From an uncultured Planctomycetaceae bacterium (GTDB lineage: Bacteria; Planctomycetota; Planctomycetia; Pirellulales; PALSA-1355), in contig CALFYT010000076.1 in the NCBI GenBank assembly GCA_937952415.1, forward strand, positions 5,733 to 69,732: a stretch of DNA of 64,000 bases. Reading direction: 5' to 3'. How positions within the stretch are numbered: the first letter of the stretch is position 1; each line of letters opens with the position of its first letter. Below, piece by piece: positions 30,940 to 40,512 of this stretch. Below the pieces are notes generated by a model. The model saw nothing but the letters and a program-made list of their open reading frames with translations. It was not told the DNA's origin and made no database searches. The translations under genes and the position numbers were made by a program.

Positions 30940-33900
30940 TCAACTGTCCGCGGCGAACTTGGGATCATGCACCCCCAGTCGCAGCTTCCATTCCTGAACG
31001 GCGCAGTAGAGCACCGGCACGATCAGCATCGTAATCACTTCGATGAACATGCCGCCGAAACTGGGGATGGCCATGGGCACCATGATATCGCTCCCGCGGC
31101 CGGTTGAGGTCAGCACGGGAATCAAGGCCAAGATTGTCGTGGCGGTCGTCATCAGGCAGGGGCGCACGCGCCGCACGCCGGCTTCCAGGGTGGCTTGTCG
31201 CGCGCTGCGCGCATCGCGAATGTCGTGTTTGGAGAAACTCTGATCCAGGTAGGTGGCAATCACGACGCCGTCATCCGAGGCAATTCCGAACAGGGCAAGA
31301 AAGCCAACCCAAACCGCAACACTCAGGTTGATTGGGTGGATCTGAAACAGCTTCTGCATGCTCGTGCCAAACACGTCGAAGTCCAAGAACCACGGCTGTC
31401 CATACAGCCAGAGCATGATGAAGCCACCGGCCCAGGCGATGGCGATACCGCTGAATACCAGCGAGGTCGTAATCGTCGAGCGGAACTGGAAGTAGAGGAT
31501 GATGAAAATGATGAAAAGTGCCAGCGGCAGCACGACCATCAGCGTCTTGGTGGAGCGGACCTGGTTCTCGTAGTTGCCGGCGAACGTGTAGCTTACGCCG
31601 GGCGGCAAGACAAACTCTCCTTCCTCGCTTTTGCTTTCCAGATACCGCTGGCAGTCTTCCACCACGTTGACTTCCGCGTGGCCAGGCTTCATGTCGAACA
31701 GTACGTACGCGGTCAGGAACGTGTCTTCGCTCTTAACGGCCTGCGGTCCGCGAACGTACTTGATCTCGGCAACTTGACCCAATGGAATGTGTGAACCGTC
31801 CTTCGCCGGCACGAGAATCTTCTTCATCGAGTCGATTTCGTTGCGCAGCTCGCGCATGTAGCGCACGCGCACCGGGAACCGCTCGCGGCCTTCGACTGTG
31901 GTCGTGATCGTGCGGCCACCGATGGCCACTTCGACAACGTCCTGTACCTCGCGAATCGTCAGCCCGTAACGGGCGATCTTCTCTCGATCAAAATCGATCT
32001 CCAGGTAAGGCTTGCCGACGACTCGATCGGCGATCACCGCCGAAGCTTCCACGCTGGGCACTTGCTTAAGCAGCGACTCGATCTCCAGAGCCACTTGTTC
32101 AATCGTTTCCAGGTCCGGGCCTTTGACCTTAACGCCCATCGGGGCGCGCATGCCGGTTTGCAGCATGACGAGGCGCGTTGCGATGGGTTGCAGCTTGGGT
32201 GCCGAGGTCGTGCCGGGCACTTGCGCCGCCTCGGTAATTTCGTGCCAGATGTCGTCCGGGTCTTCGATGCCCGCCCAGGGCTCGCGTCCGCCATTCAGCT
32301 TGGGATCCAACGGCGGGCGCCATTGGCGAAAGGGTATTCCGCCTGGATCTGCAATCAGTTGCCCGGCTTCGTCCCGCGCGAACTTGCCTTCGACACGGTA
32401 CGGCCTTCCGTCCGCGGCCGAAAGCAGGTTCCCGTCTTTGTCTTGAAACCAATCCACTTCGTCTGGGTCATGGCGGAAGTTAACGCGATGCCCGTCTTTG
32501 TCAACGACGTACTCCGATCGGTAGTTGACGACTGTCTCGATCATCGAAACCGGAGCCGGGTCGAGTGGACTTCGCACGCGCCCGATCTTGCCGACAGCCA
32601 ACTCAACTTCCGGGATCGCCATGATGCGGCGGTCTTGCAGCGACAGCACGTCCATGGCCTCGCCGATCGAGGCATGAGGCATCGTCGTGGGCATGTACAA
32701 GTACGAACCTTCGTCGAGTGGCGGCATGAACTCCTTGCCGAATCCTTGCCATGTGGTCGCCAGCGTCCATTTCAGTTTGCCGGCCAGGCCGTCGATCTGA
32801 TCCCACGATTTGCCCCGCCACGCAGCCAGCTCATACTTGAATCGATTCAAGCTGGACAGCTCTGAAACCTCCGCCTCGGAGAGCGACTGGGCGTCGTACT
32901 CCTGCGGGATTCGGCCGAACAGAAACCCGGGGCCCAACCACACGCCGAGTCCCCACAAGAGGATTAACGCGGGCACGCACAGGAACAGCAGCTTGTGATC
33001 CAGGCACCACGCCAGAATCGGCCGGTAAAGAAATCTCTGAAAGACCTGGAAGAAACCGAGCAGGCCGCCGATCAGCGCGGCCACGAACACCAAGTTACGG
33101 AGTAAGCCGCTCGCGGGACCAAGCGGCATCCAGTCTTCCGTCAACAGAATGCCCACCAGTAGCACGGCCGCACCATTGGCCAATACGATTCCGCCCCGAT
33201 GCATGCGCTCGCGCAACGGCTGATACGTTTGCGGTAGCGTCTCTTCAATAAGCTTGTAAGTACCCAGCGCGACGACGATCGCTCCGGCCCACCAGACCAG
33301 ACCATAGCCAATGACCAGTCCGGCTACGATCAGGCCCGCGTAGAAAGTCTGCTTGAGCCGGCGTCGCGTTACTTTTGTAGTGAACAGCAAATGGGCCGCC
33401 GGAGGAATGATTGTCAGTGCCACGATTACCGAGGCCGCGAGGGCAAAAGTCTTCGTGAAAGCCAACGGGCGGAACAACTTGCCCTCGGGGCCAATCATCG
33501 TGAATACCGGCAGGAAGCTGATAATCGTGGTTGAGACGGCCGTTAGCACGGCACTGGCCACTTCGCTCGACGCCCGAAACACGACCTCCAGGCGATTCTC
33601 ATCTGGAGCAGCTTCGTCGAGATGCTTGAGAATGTTTTCACAGAGGATGATGCCCATGTCGACCATCGTGCCGATGGCAATGGCGATGCCCGACAGAGCC
33701 ACAATATTGGCATCGACGCCGAACGATTTCATGGCGATGAAGCACATCAGCACGGCCAACGGCAACAGTGCGCTGATCAATAGAGAGCTGCGCAGGTGCA
33801 TCACCATGACCAAGATGACGATCACGGTGACCAGAATCTCGGCCACCAGTGCCGAGTTCAGCGTGCCGAGCGTCTCGTAGATCAGTCCCGTCCGATCGTA

Positions 33901-35085
33901 GAACGGCACGACGGTGACTTGGCTGATCGTCACCCATTCGGGCCACTCAGCGCGCGGCGTTGCACGCAGGTGCCGAACCCAATCGTCGTGATTGATCTCG
34001 GTGCCAGTGAACGCGTCGAAACCGTTGGCTTCCGCGTAAGCAGCGGCATCTTCGCGAGACGCCTGCCGAAAGTCGACGACGGCTTTGGCCGGCAATCCCG
34101 GCGCGACTTCCTCGATCTTGCTCTTGATGTTCTTGATGGCCGCCAGCGGGTTGTAGCCGTATCGGACGACGGCGACGCCACCAACCGCCTCGGCGCCTCC
34201 TTTGTCGAGCGCGCCCCGTCGCAGTGCCGGGCCGAGCGTGACCTTGGCCACGTCCTTCAGATAGATTGGCACGTTGTCGTTGGTGGCAACGACACTGGTC
34301 TCGATGTCGCTGACGTTCTTGACGAACCCCAGTCCGCGGATGAAGTACTCTGCCTTGTTGATCTCGATGCTGCGGGCCCCCACGTCGATGTTCGACATCT
34401 TCACGGCCATAAAGATGTCGTCGATCATGACCCGCGCGGCCCGCATGGCATCGGGGTCAACGTCGATCTGGTATTCCTGGACAAATCCACCGACCGACGC
34501 GACTTCGCTGATTCCTTCGGCCGACAGCAGGGAGTAGCGGACGTACCAATCTTGAATGGTCCGCAACTCGTCGAGGTCCCACCCACCGGCCGGCTGTCCT
34601 TCGGGATCGCGCCCCTCGAGGGTGTACCAGAAGATCTGGCCAAGCGGTGTCGCGTCGGGGCCGAGCGTCGGGGTCACGCCCTCGGGCAGCGTGCCGCCAG
34701 GCAGGCTGTTGAGCTTCTCGAGCACGCGCGTCCGCGACCAGTAGAACTCGACGTTTTCTTGGAAGATGACATAGATCGTCGAGAACCCGAAGAAGGAATA
34801 GCTGCGAATCGTCTTCACGCCCGGCACGCCGAGCAGCGAGACGGTTAGCGGGTAGGTGATTTGATCCTCGATGTCCTGCGGCGAGCGGCCCATCCACTCG
34901 GTGAACACGATCTGTTGGTTTTCGCCAATGTCGGGAATCGCGTCCGTGGCCACGGGATCGCGCGGCAGTGGGCCGAGATCCCAGTCGAATGGCGCGACCA
35001 TTGCGCCCCAAGCGGTCACCGCGACAACGAACAGCGCGACGACCAGCTTGTTTTCCAAACAGAAACGTATGACCTTGTCGATCAT
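30940..35085 (-). CDS. Heavy-metal efflux RND permease (CusA/CzcA family), unusually long (1381 aa)
   Basis: MIDKVIRFCLENKLVVALFVV start. Conserved HME-RND blocks (GFSTIYVIFQE, GIAIAIGTMVDMGII, DEGSYLYMP). Extra TM pair and periplasmic insert relative to ~1045-aa CusA. Confidence 0.9.
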   Translation of the reverse strand: MIDKVIRFCLENKLVVALFVVAVTAWGAMVAPFDWDLGPLPRDPVATDAIPDIGENQQIVFTEWMGRSPQDIEDQITYPLTVSLLGVPGVKTIRSYSFFGFSTIYVIFQENVEFYWSRTRVLEKLNSLPGGTLPEGVTPTLGPDATPLGQIFWYTLEGRDPEGQPAGGWDLDELRTIQDWYVRYSLLSAEGISEVASVGGFVQEYQIDVDPDAMRAARVMIDDIFMAVKMSNIDVGARSIEINKAEYFIRGLGFVKNVSDIETSVVATNDNVPIYLKDVAKVTLGPALRRGALDKGGAEAVGGVAVVRYGYNPLAAIKNIKSKIEEVAPGLPAKAVVDFRQASREDAAAYAEANGFDAFTGTEINHDDWVRHLRATPRAEWPEWVTISQVTVVPFYDRTGLIYETLGTLNSALVAEILVTVIVILVMVMHLRSSLLISALLPLAVLMCFIAMKSFGVDANIVALSGIAIAIGTMVDMGIILCENILKHLDEAAPDENRLEVVFRASSEVASAVLTAVSTTIISFLPVFTMIGPEGKLFRPLAFTKTFALAASVIVALTIIPPAAHLLFTTKVTRRRLKQTFYAGLIVAGLVIGYGLVWWAGAIVVALGTYKLIEETLPQTYQPLRERMHRGGIVLANGAAVLLVGILLTEDWMPLGPASGLLRNLVFVAALIGGLLGFFQVFQRFLYRPILAWCLDHKLLFLCVPALILLWGLGVWLGPGFLFGRIPQEYDAQSLSEAEVSELSSLNRFKYELAAWRGKSWDQIDGLAGKLKWTLATTWQGFGKEFMPPLDEGSYLYMPTTMPHASIGEAMDVLSLQDRRIMAIPEVELAVGKIGRVRSPLDPAPVSMIETVVNYRSEYVVDKDGHRVNFRHDPDEVDWFQDKDGNLLSAADGRPYRVEGKFARDEAGQLIADPGGIPFRQWRPPLDPKLNGGREPWAGIEDPDDIWHEITEAAQVPGTTSAPKLQPIATRLVMLQTGMRAPMGVKVKGPDLETIEQVALEIESLLKQVPSVEASAVIADRVVGKPYLEIDFDREKIARYGLTIREVQDVVEVAIGGRTITTTVEGRERFPVRVRYMRELRNEIDSMKKILVPAKDGSHIPLGQVAEIKYVRGPQAVKSEDTFLTAYVLFDMKPGHAEVNVVEDCQRYLESKSEEGEFVLPPGVSYTFAGNYENQVRSTKTLMVVLPLALFIIFIILYFQFRSTITTSLVFSGIAIAWAGGFIMLWLYGQPWFLDFDVFGTSMQKLFQIHPINLSVAVWVGFLALFGIASDDGVVIATYLDQSFSKHDIRDARSARQATLEAGVRRVRPCLMTTATTILALIPVLTSTGRGSDIMVPMAIPSFGGMFIEVITMLIVPVLYCAVQEWKLRLGVHDPKFAADS

Positions 35086-35105
35086 CTTGAAACGGCAACG
35101 CGGGT

Positions 35106-37862
35106 TTAGGGATGGCTGTGGTCTGTGTGGGGCTCGGCCTGCGCCGACGGTTTCGATCCGCTGTGCGAAACCTTTTCCACACGGTCAGCACACTTGAGCA
35201 TGGCGGCGCCAAAGTAGGGATTGAGCGTATCGTCGTTGTCCTGATACCAGGTGGCTCCTCGGCCTTGAAAAGCCATCGAACAGTGGAGTTCAAAGATTGG
35301 ACCGGACTGGCCGAAGCCGAACGTCTTGGCCAGGACGCCGATCTCCTGGGATGCGGGATAGAACGTCTCGCGCATCGCCTCGATGCCTTCGGCCTGCTTG
35401 AGGCTGGCAATCAGTTTCTCAAGGTTCGCCTGTTCTTTTTGCCAGGCTTCTTTGGCAGGACCTTCGAGTGCCGTGTCATTAACGGCGTTGAGCGATGCAT
35501 TGAATTGGCCGAGTGAGTCCTGTGCGGATTTAAAGTCGTCCGCGGCCAGCGCCCGCTGAACGTTCAAGTACTGTTTCCATACACCGGCCAATTCACCTTG
35601 GAACTCCGCTGGCGCTTCGATACGTTCGATCTCTAGGTCCTGTTGCTGCATCAAGCCCAGTTGTTCCCGCATGCGGCGGACGTGGCCCTTAAGCGTCAGA
35701 AACGCTCGGTTGGCATCGACCATTTGGTCGGCGTCAGTTCCCTCGACGACATCGTTTCCGAAGAGCATGGCAAACTCCTTCCATAACATGCGCGGATGGC
35801 CGGTGACTTCGGTGTCGTCGACGGCCGCCAATTCCTCGCCGAGCTGCCTGAAAATCGTTGTGACCTGATCCAGGTCCTGGTCTTGCACGGCCGCAGCCAA
35901 CTTGTCGTACGTCGCGGCCAGATCAAGAAGTTGTTGGCGGAAGGCGGGCGGAAGGGCGACTGGGTGTCCGGCGTGCGGATCGTCCGACTTGCCTTCTGCT
36001 AGTTCGCCCTGCCCGCCATGATCGTGGCCACCGCCGCCGCCCCCCTCGGGTGTCATCATGCTGGGTTTGGCTTGAATTTGGATCTCGGAATCCAGCTTGA
36101 AGTTGCCCCGCGTCACCACCATCTCGCCTTCGTGCAATCCGTTGCGAACAAGATAGTATTCGCCGGCGCGTGGTCCCAAGACGATCTCGCGGCCTTCAAA
36201 CGTCGGGTTGTTGGCCGGCGCGAATTGCTCCCGGGCTAAGGTCATCGTTGCTTCGATGTCAGCAAGAACCTCCTTAGCTTGCTCCGCTGACCCGGCCTCG
36301 TAGCCCGCCAAAGCCTTCTCAGCGAGTCGATCGGCATAGTCGTTCCACAGATTTCGCGCGAACGCTGTTCCAGGCTGGTCGTACGGTCGGTCCAACATGT
36401 TGTTGTAGCTGGTAAACGCCTCGCGAATCTTTTCGAGGTCGCCTTCTTGCACAACGGCCGAAAGCGTAAGAAACGCCGGCTCGGCGAAGGAGGGCATGTT
36501 CGGCAACTGCACGTAGACGATCGCACGCGTGCCCGTAACCAACGCGGCCAAATAAGGCACCACCAGCGGAGGCTCTTCCGAGTCGGTCGACGGCGTTACG
36601 TAGCCCAGCGATTCGGCGCGCACCAGCGGCATCCCACAGATGTCGCACTGGCCGGGCTCGTCCTTGACGATCTCCGGGTGCATCGGACTGATCCACTTGC
36701 CCGCCAGGCTGGGATCCATCACTTTCCCGCCCGCGGCCACGACCGGACGCACGACGGCCCGGACAAACATGTCGGGCTTGAGCTTGCCGTCGCCATTCGG
36801 CACGTTGACGCGGACCTTCACCGTGCGCGTCTTATCGTCCAGCACCGGCTGAACGAACGCGATCCGTCCGTGAAACTCATCGCCCGGATAAGCCTCGGTG
36901 GTGATCGTCACGTCCTGGCCGTAGCGAATCCAAGGCAGGTCCGACTCATAGGCATCTAGATGGACCCAAACCTGACTCAGATCGGCGATCGTGTAGATAC
37001 GTTCGCCAAGCGCGACCCGCTCGCCCTGCTGTTTGAGCTTTTCGATCACGATGCCGCCCATCGGGGCATGGATCGTGATGTGATCCGATGGGGCGTCGCG
37101 CTTCTCGATTTCCGCGATTTGTTCTTCCGTCAGCCCCAGCAGCCGCAACTTCTCGCGGGCGGATTCGACGAGATTCACCTTGATGGTTGTCGACTCAGCG
37201 GCCCGACTGCGGTTGAACTTCTCAGCTTGAATCAGTTCCTGCTGCGCCGCGTAGAGCTGCTCGCTGTAGATATCCGCCAGGTGGTCACCCTGCCGGATTT
37301 CCACACCGGTGTAGTCGACATAAAGCCGGTCCAAGCGACCGGAAACCCAGGCCGTGATGTAGCCGAGGCGCGTCTCGTCGTAGTCGACACGGCCAACCAT
37401 CCTCACGTCGCGCGGTACGTAGCGCCGTTCGACCGGCGCGACCTCGATGTTCATCAGCGCCGCCGCCTCGGGGCTGAGGGCAAGCGTGCGCATCCCCCCG
37501 GCGGTTTGTGTTACGGCAATCAAATCCATCCCGCAAATCGGGCAATCGCCCGGCTTGGGCTGCCGGATCTGCGGGTGCATCGAGCACGTCCATGCCGTCG
37601 GGCCCGCGGCCGCGTCTGCGACAGCGTCAGCGTCGCTGCTCTTTTCTTCGGACGCATCGTGCCCGCCCCACAACAACCACGAGATGAACATTGCGGCGGC
37701 AAAGACGAGCGCGAATTGCGCAAGCCGAACGATCCTTGGATGTGCTGCGTAGCGGTTCCTGGTGGCCGTGGCACCGGGCTCGCGCGATGCATGTGTTTCG
37801 GGGTTCATACCAAAAGCTCCCGTCGTCGGCACTGCACGAGTGGGCGCGCACCAACGATTCAC
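35106..37862 (-). CDS. Heavy-metal RND periplasmic adaptor (CusB-like) with two heavy-metal-binding domains, a His/Gly-rich tract and a DUF3347-like C-terminus
   Basis: WTCSMHPQIRQPKPGDCPICGMDL and WISPMHPEIVKDEPGQCDICGMPL motifs. GGGGGHDHGG tract. C-terminal CSMAFQGRGATWYQ...NPYFGAAMLKC. Alternative start ATG 37808. Confidence 0.85.
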   Translation of the reverse strand: MNRWCAPTRAVPTTGAFGMNPETHASREPGATATRNRYAAHPRIVRLAQFALVFAAAMFISWLLWGGHDASEEKSSDADAVADAAAGPTAWTCSMHPQIRQPKPGDCPICGMDLIAVTQTAGGMRTLALSPEAAALMNIEVAPVERRYVPRDVRMVGRVDYDETRLGYITAWVSGRLDRLYVDYTGVEIRQGDHLADIYSEQLYAAQQELIQAEKFNRSRAAESTTIKVNLVESAREKLRLLGLTEEQIAEIEKRDAPSDHITIHAPMGGIVIEKLKQQGERVALGERIYTIADLSQVWVHLDAYESDLPWIRYGQDVTITTEAYPGDEFHGRIAFVQPVLDDKTRTVKVRVNVPNGDGKLKPDMFVRAVVRPVVAAGGKVMDPSLAGKWISPMHPEIVKDEPGQCDICGMPLVRAESLGYVTPSTDSEEPPLVVPYLAALVTGTRAIVYVQLPNMPSFAEPAFLTLSAVVQEGDLEKIREAFTSYNNMLDRPYDQPGTAFARNLWNDYADRLAEKALAGYEAGSAEQAKEVLADIEATMTLAREQFAPANNPTFEGREIVLGPRAGEYYLVRNGLHEGEMVVTRGNFKLDSEIQIQAKPSMMTPEGGGGGGHDHGGQGELAEGKSDDPHAGHPVALPPAFRQQLLDLAATYDKLAAAVQDQDLDQVTTIFRQLGEELAAVDDTEVTGHPRMLWKEFAMLFGNDVVEGTDADQMVDANRAFLTLKGHVRRMREQLGLMQQQDLEIERIEAPAEFQGELAGVWKQYLNVQRALAADDFKSAQDSLGQFNASLNAVNDTALEGPAKEAWQKEQANLEKLIASLKQAEGIEAMRETFYPASQEIGVLAKTFGFGQSGPIFELHCSMAFQGRGATWYQDNDDTLNPYFGAAMLKCADRVEKVSHSGSKPSAQAEPHTDHSHP

Positions 37863-37930
37863 TCAACAAACCAGAAGAAGGACTACGACCGATCAGAAGA
37901 TAGGCGCATACCGGTAGCGCCCCAGTCGCG

Positions 37931-38335
37931 TCAGGCGTCCAGACGGACGTGGCAAGCCTGCAGTGTGCATCCAGCAGGCGAGAGAAGCGTTTCGGACGAA
38001 ATCAGACCGCGGGAGACGGCCGGTCCGTCGCCTTGTCGGTAGGCAATCGCATCGTGCGCAAGCGCGAGCGACAAAGTGTCAATCCGACGGGCGTCGGGTC
38101 CGCCAGCAGGCACGGAGTTTGACTTTGCCGGCGGCGCCTGTTTGCTCACGCAGCAACCGGTGTCGCAGGATTGGCCATCGGCGGGCTTACAACAGCAGTC
38201 CGTCGGCTGCGGCTTCGATGTTTGTCCAAATACGGCGGGCTGCTGGCAGCCAAACGGCGTCAGCCCGAGTCCACCGACGCTGACCACCAGGGCCAAGACC
38301 AGCAGACAACGAAATGTGGGGTGAAGATGCGACAT
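37931..38335 (-). CDS. Small secreted Cys-rich protein, first gene of the heavy-metal RND operon
   Basis: Start MSHLHPTFRCLLVLALVVSVGGLGL (signal). CCCKPADGQSCDTGCCV cluster. Same strand as the adaptor gene, 68 nt upstream of it. Confidence 0.55.
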   Translation of the reverse strand: MSHLHPTFRCLLVLALVVSVGGLGLTPFGCQQPAVFGQTSKPQPTDCCCKPADGQSCDTGCCVSKQAPPAKSNSVPAGGPDARRIDTLSLALAHDAIAYRQGDGPAVSRGLISSETLLSPAGCTLQACHVRLDA

Positions 38336-38481
38336 CAATGCAATTATAGGCAAGTTTTCGAGCGTCGGCGCCTCTACAAACGCGCATCGCTTAACCACAA
38401 TTCTGCCCGAAAATGGCCGATTTGGCCATCGGCGGCCCGCAATGACCGGGCTCCGGACGCCCATCCGATGCATCACCCAAA

Positions 38482-40200
38482 TTGGGGGTAGTGCGGATGG
38501 CTGTGTCGTCCGACGGAGCGTCAGCCTGGCAGACCTTGCGGTTTGTACCGCTTGTGACCGGAGGGACGGGGCAATTGCTCCGCGTCGCCGGCTCGGCTGG
38601 GCATTCCGGCTGCACGTTAGGCCTACGGTGGCCGATACAACCGATAGACTCTGCCCGAGTCACATTTCCCTATTCCGCACTTCGGCTCGCCCTGTCCAGC
38701 TCCCGTCCGGGGGTAGTTCGCTTGATCCGCACGTCGATCGATTCCGATCGGCCGCCGCGATTTGTCGGCTGGCCTGTCTTCGTCCTATGCGCCTTGATGC
38801 TAGGCGCGTTGGCGGGCTGTCGGACCTCGCGCAAAGTGCAGACGCCCGAGTTCGCATCGCTTGCCAGGCTTCCTCTCGTGGCGTCCGTGTCGCCCGCGGC
38901 GGTCGCGCGAGCTGTCGATCCCCAAGTCCCGCAACTGGCCGGGCCGCATCCCGTTGACCAGTACGTTCAGTTCGCTCTGCTCCAGAACCCAGACATCCAA
39001 TCCAAGCGCAACCGGGTGGAAGCAGCCGCGCAGCGAGTTCCCCAAGCCGCGAGCCTGCGCGACCCCACAGCAACTGTCTCTGGCTATCCGTTCTCGTCCT
39101 ATGCGCTGCAGACGGCCAACGGCCGACTAACGGCCAACCTGGCGGCGTCGCAAGAAGTGCCTTGGTTCGGAAAGCTAGAAACACGGGCCCAGGCCGCTGA
39201 AGCAGAAGTCAACGTTGCCCGAGCTGAGTTGGCCGCCACGGAACTTGAAGTGATCGAGCAGGTGAAGCGGGCCTACTACGAGCTGCACTTTGTCGAGAAA
39301 TCGATCGCGATCACGGCGGAAAGCCGCAGACTGGCAGTCGATCTGAGTCGAATCGCCGAAGCACGGTTCAAAGCCGCCCAGGTCAGCCAACAGGACTATC
39401 TGCGGGCGGAAGTAACCGTCTACAACGTCGATGCCGAGCTGATTCGCCTGCGCGAGGAGTTGCAATTGGCCCAGGCACGTCTGGCAAGACTCCTGCACAT
39501 CTCGCCCGACACGCCGCTGCGAACCCTGCCGGAGCTCGCCGATGAGGAATTGCCAACCGACTTGCAGCGACTCTACGAGCGCGCGATCGCCGCGCGGCCC
39601 GAACTACACGCGCAGCTTGCCGCTATTCAGCGCGATCGGCATGCGGTGCGACTTGCGCAGCTCCAATACTTTCCCGATGTAACGTTCAGTGGCAGTTGGG
39701 GAGCCGTAACCACCAACCGCGCAGTGGCGTTGGCGGCCGACGGCCGCGATTTCGCTCAGTTCGGCATCATGGCCAACATTCCGATCTATCGGAAGCGGCT
39801 TCAAGCCGGCGTGCGCGAGGCCGAGTCGAAGACAGTCGCCAGCGCCCGCCAGTACGATTCGCTCCGCGACAAGACCCAGCAGGAAGTCAAGGATCTGTTC
39901 GTCGAGATCAATGCGCAAAGAGATCTGTTACGCGTCTTCGACACACAAATCGTCCCGGTGGCCGAACAAACGTTGCGTGTTTCAATTCCGGCCTACGAGT
40001 CCGGCCAGACCGACGTCCTGCAGCTCTTGGACAACTGGCGCGACGTGCTGCGATTTCAGATCATGCAACAGCGGCTCGAAGCCCAAGTCCGCCAGTCGCT
40101 GGCCTCGTTGGATCGAGTGATCGGTACATTCACAGTATCTGACCCAACCACGAGGCGTCTGCCCGAAACCATTCCCCCGCCCGAGGGTTCAACGCCATGA
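38482..40200 (+). CDS. TolC-like outer-membrane efflux protein (OMF) lipoprotein
   Basis: Two OEP-type repeats with coiled coils. Lipobox LGALAGC. The true start is probably internal (e.g. TTG 38722), because the first ~80 codons of the ORF lack a leader-like sequence. Confidence 0.85.
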   Translation: MGVVRMAVSSDGASAWQTLRFVPLVTGGTGQLLRVAGSAGHSGCTLGLRWPIQPIDSARVTFPYSALRLALSSSRPGVVRLIRTSIDSDRPPRFVGWPVFVLCALMLGALAGCRTSRKVQTPEFASLARLPLVASVSPAAVARAVDPQVPQLAGPHPVDQYVQFALLQNPDIQSKRNRVEAAAQRVPQAASLRDPTATVSGYPFSSYALQTANGRLTANLAASQEVPWFGKLETRAQAAEAEVNVARAELAATELEVIEQVKRAYYELHFVEKSIAITAESRRLAVDLSRIAEARFKAAQVSQQDYLRAEVTVYNVDAELIRLREELQLAQARLARLLHISPDTPLRTLPELADEELPTDLQRLYERAIAARPELHAQLAAIQRDRHAVRLAQLQYFPDVTFSGSWGAVTTNRAVALAADGRDFAQFGIMANIPIYRKRLQAGVREAESKTVASARQYDSLRDKTQQEVKDLFVEINAQRDLLRVFDTQIVPVAEQTLRVSIPAYESGQTDVLQLLDNWRDVLRFQIMQQRLEAQVRQSLASLDRVIGTFTVSDPTTRRLPETIPPPEGSTP

Positions 40201-40481
40201 GTCACGCGCCAAGGTTGGCTTCAGCCCGAGCAAACAACGAAAGCGCACCTGGTCGGCGACGGCGAGCGCTGCCAGGGCTCGCCACGTATCACATCGTGGC
40301 TCTTGCCTTGTTATTTGCAAGCATTCTCATTCTCGGATGCGCTCGCCAGTACCACTGGTACGACTGCGGTTGCGGCTGCGTCAACTACCACTATTGTCCA
40401 CCGCCTCCTTTGCCGTACACACCGTACTGCACGTGCCCGACGCCGGTTAGCAGCGCATACCTCGAGGCGGAAAGCGACTGA
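40197..40481 (+). CDS. Small Cys-rich lipoprotein translationally coupled to the OMF gene
   Basis: ATGA start/stop overlap with 38482..40200. TM/lipobox ILILGC. The mature ~47 aa carry 8 Cys plus a Pro/Tyr-rich stretch (CARQYHWYDCGCGCVNYHYCPPPPLPYTPYCTCP). Confidence 0.55.
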   Translation: MSHAPRLASARANNESAPGRRRRALPGLATYHIVALALLFASILILGCARQYHWYDCGCGCVNYHYCPPPPLPYTPYCTCPTPVSSAYLEAESD

Positions 40482-40512
40482 TCGCAGGCGCGACACGTCT
40501 CAGATTCACAAG

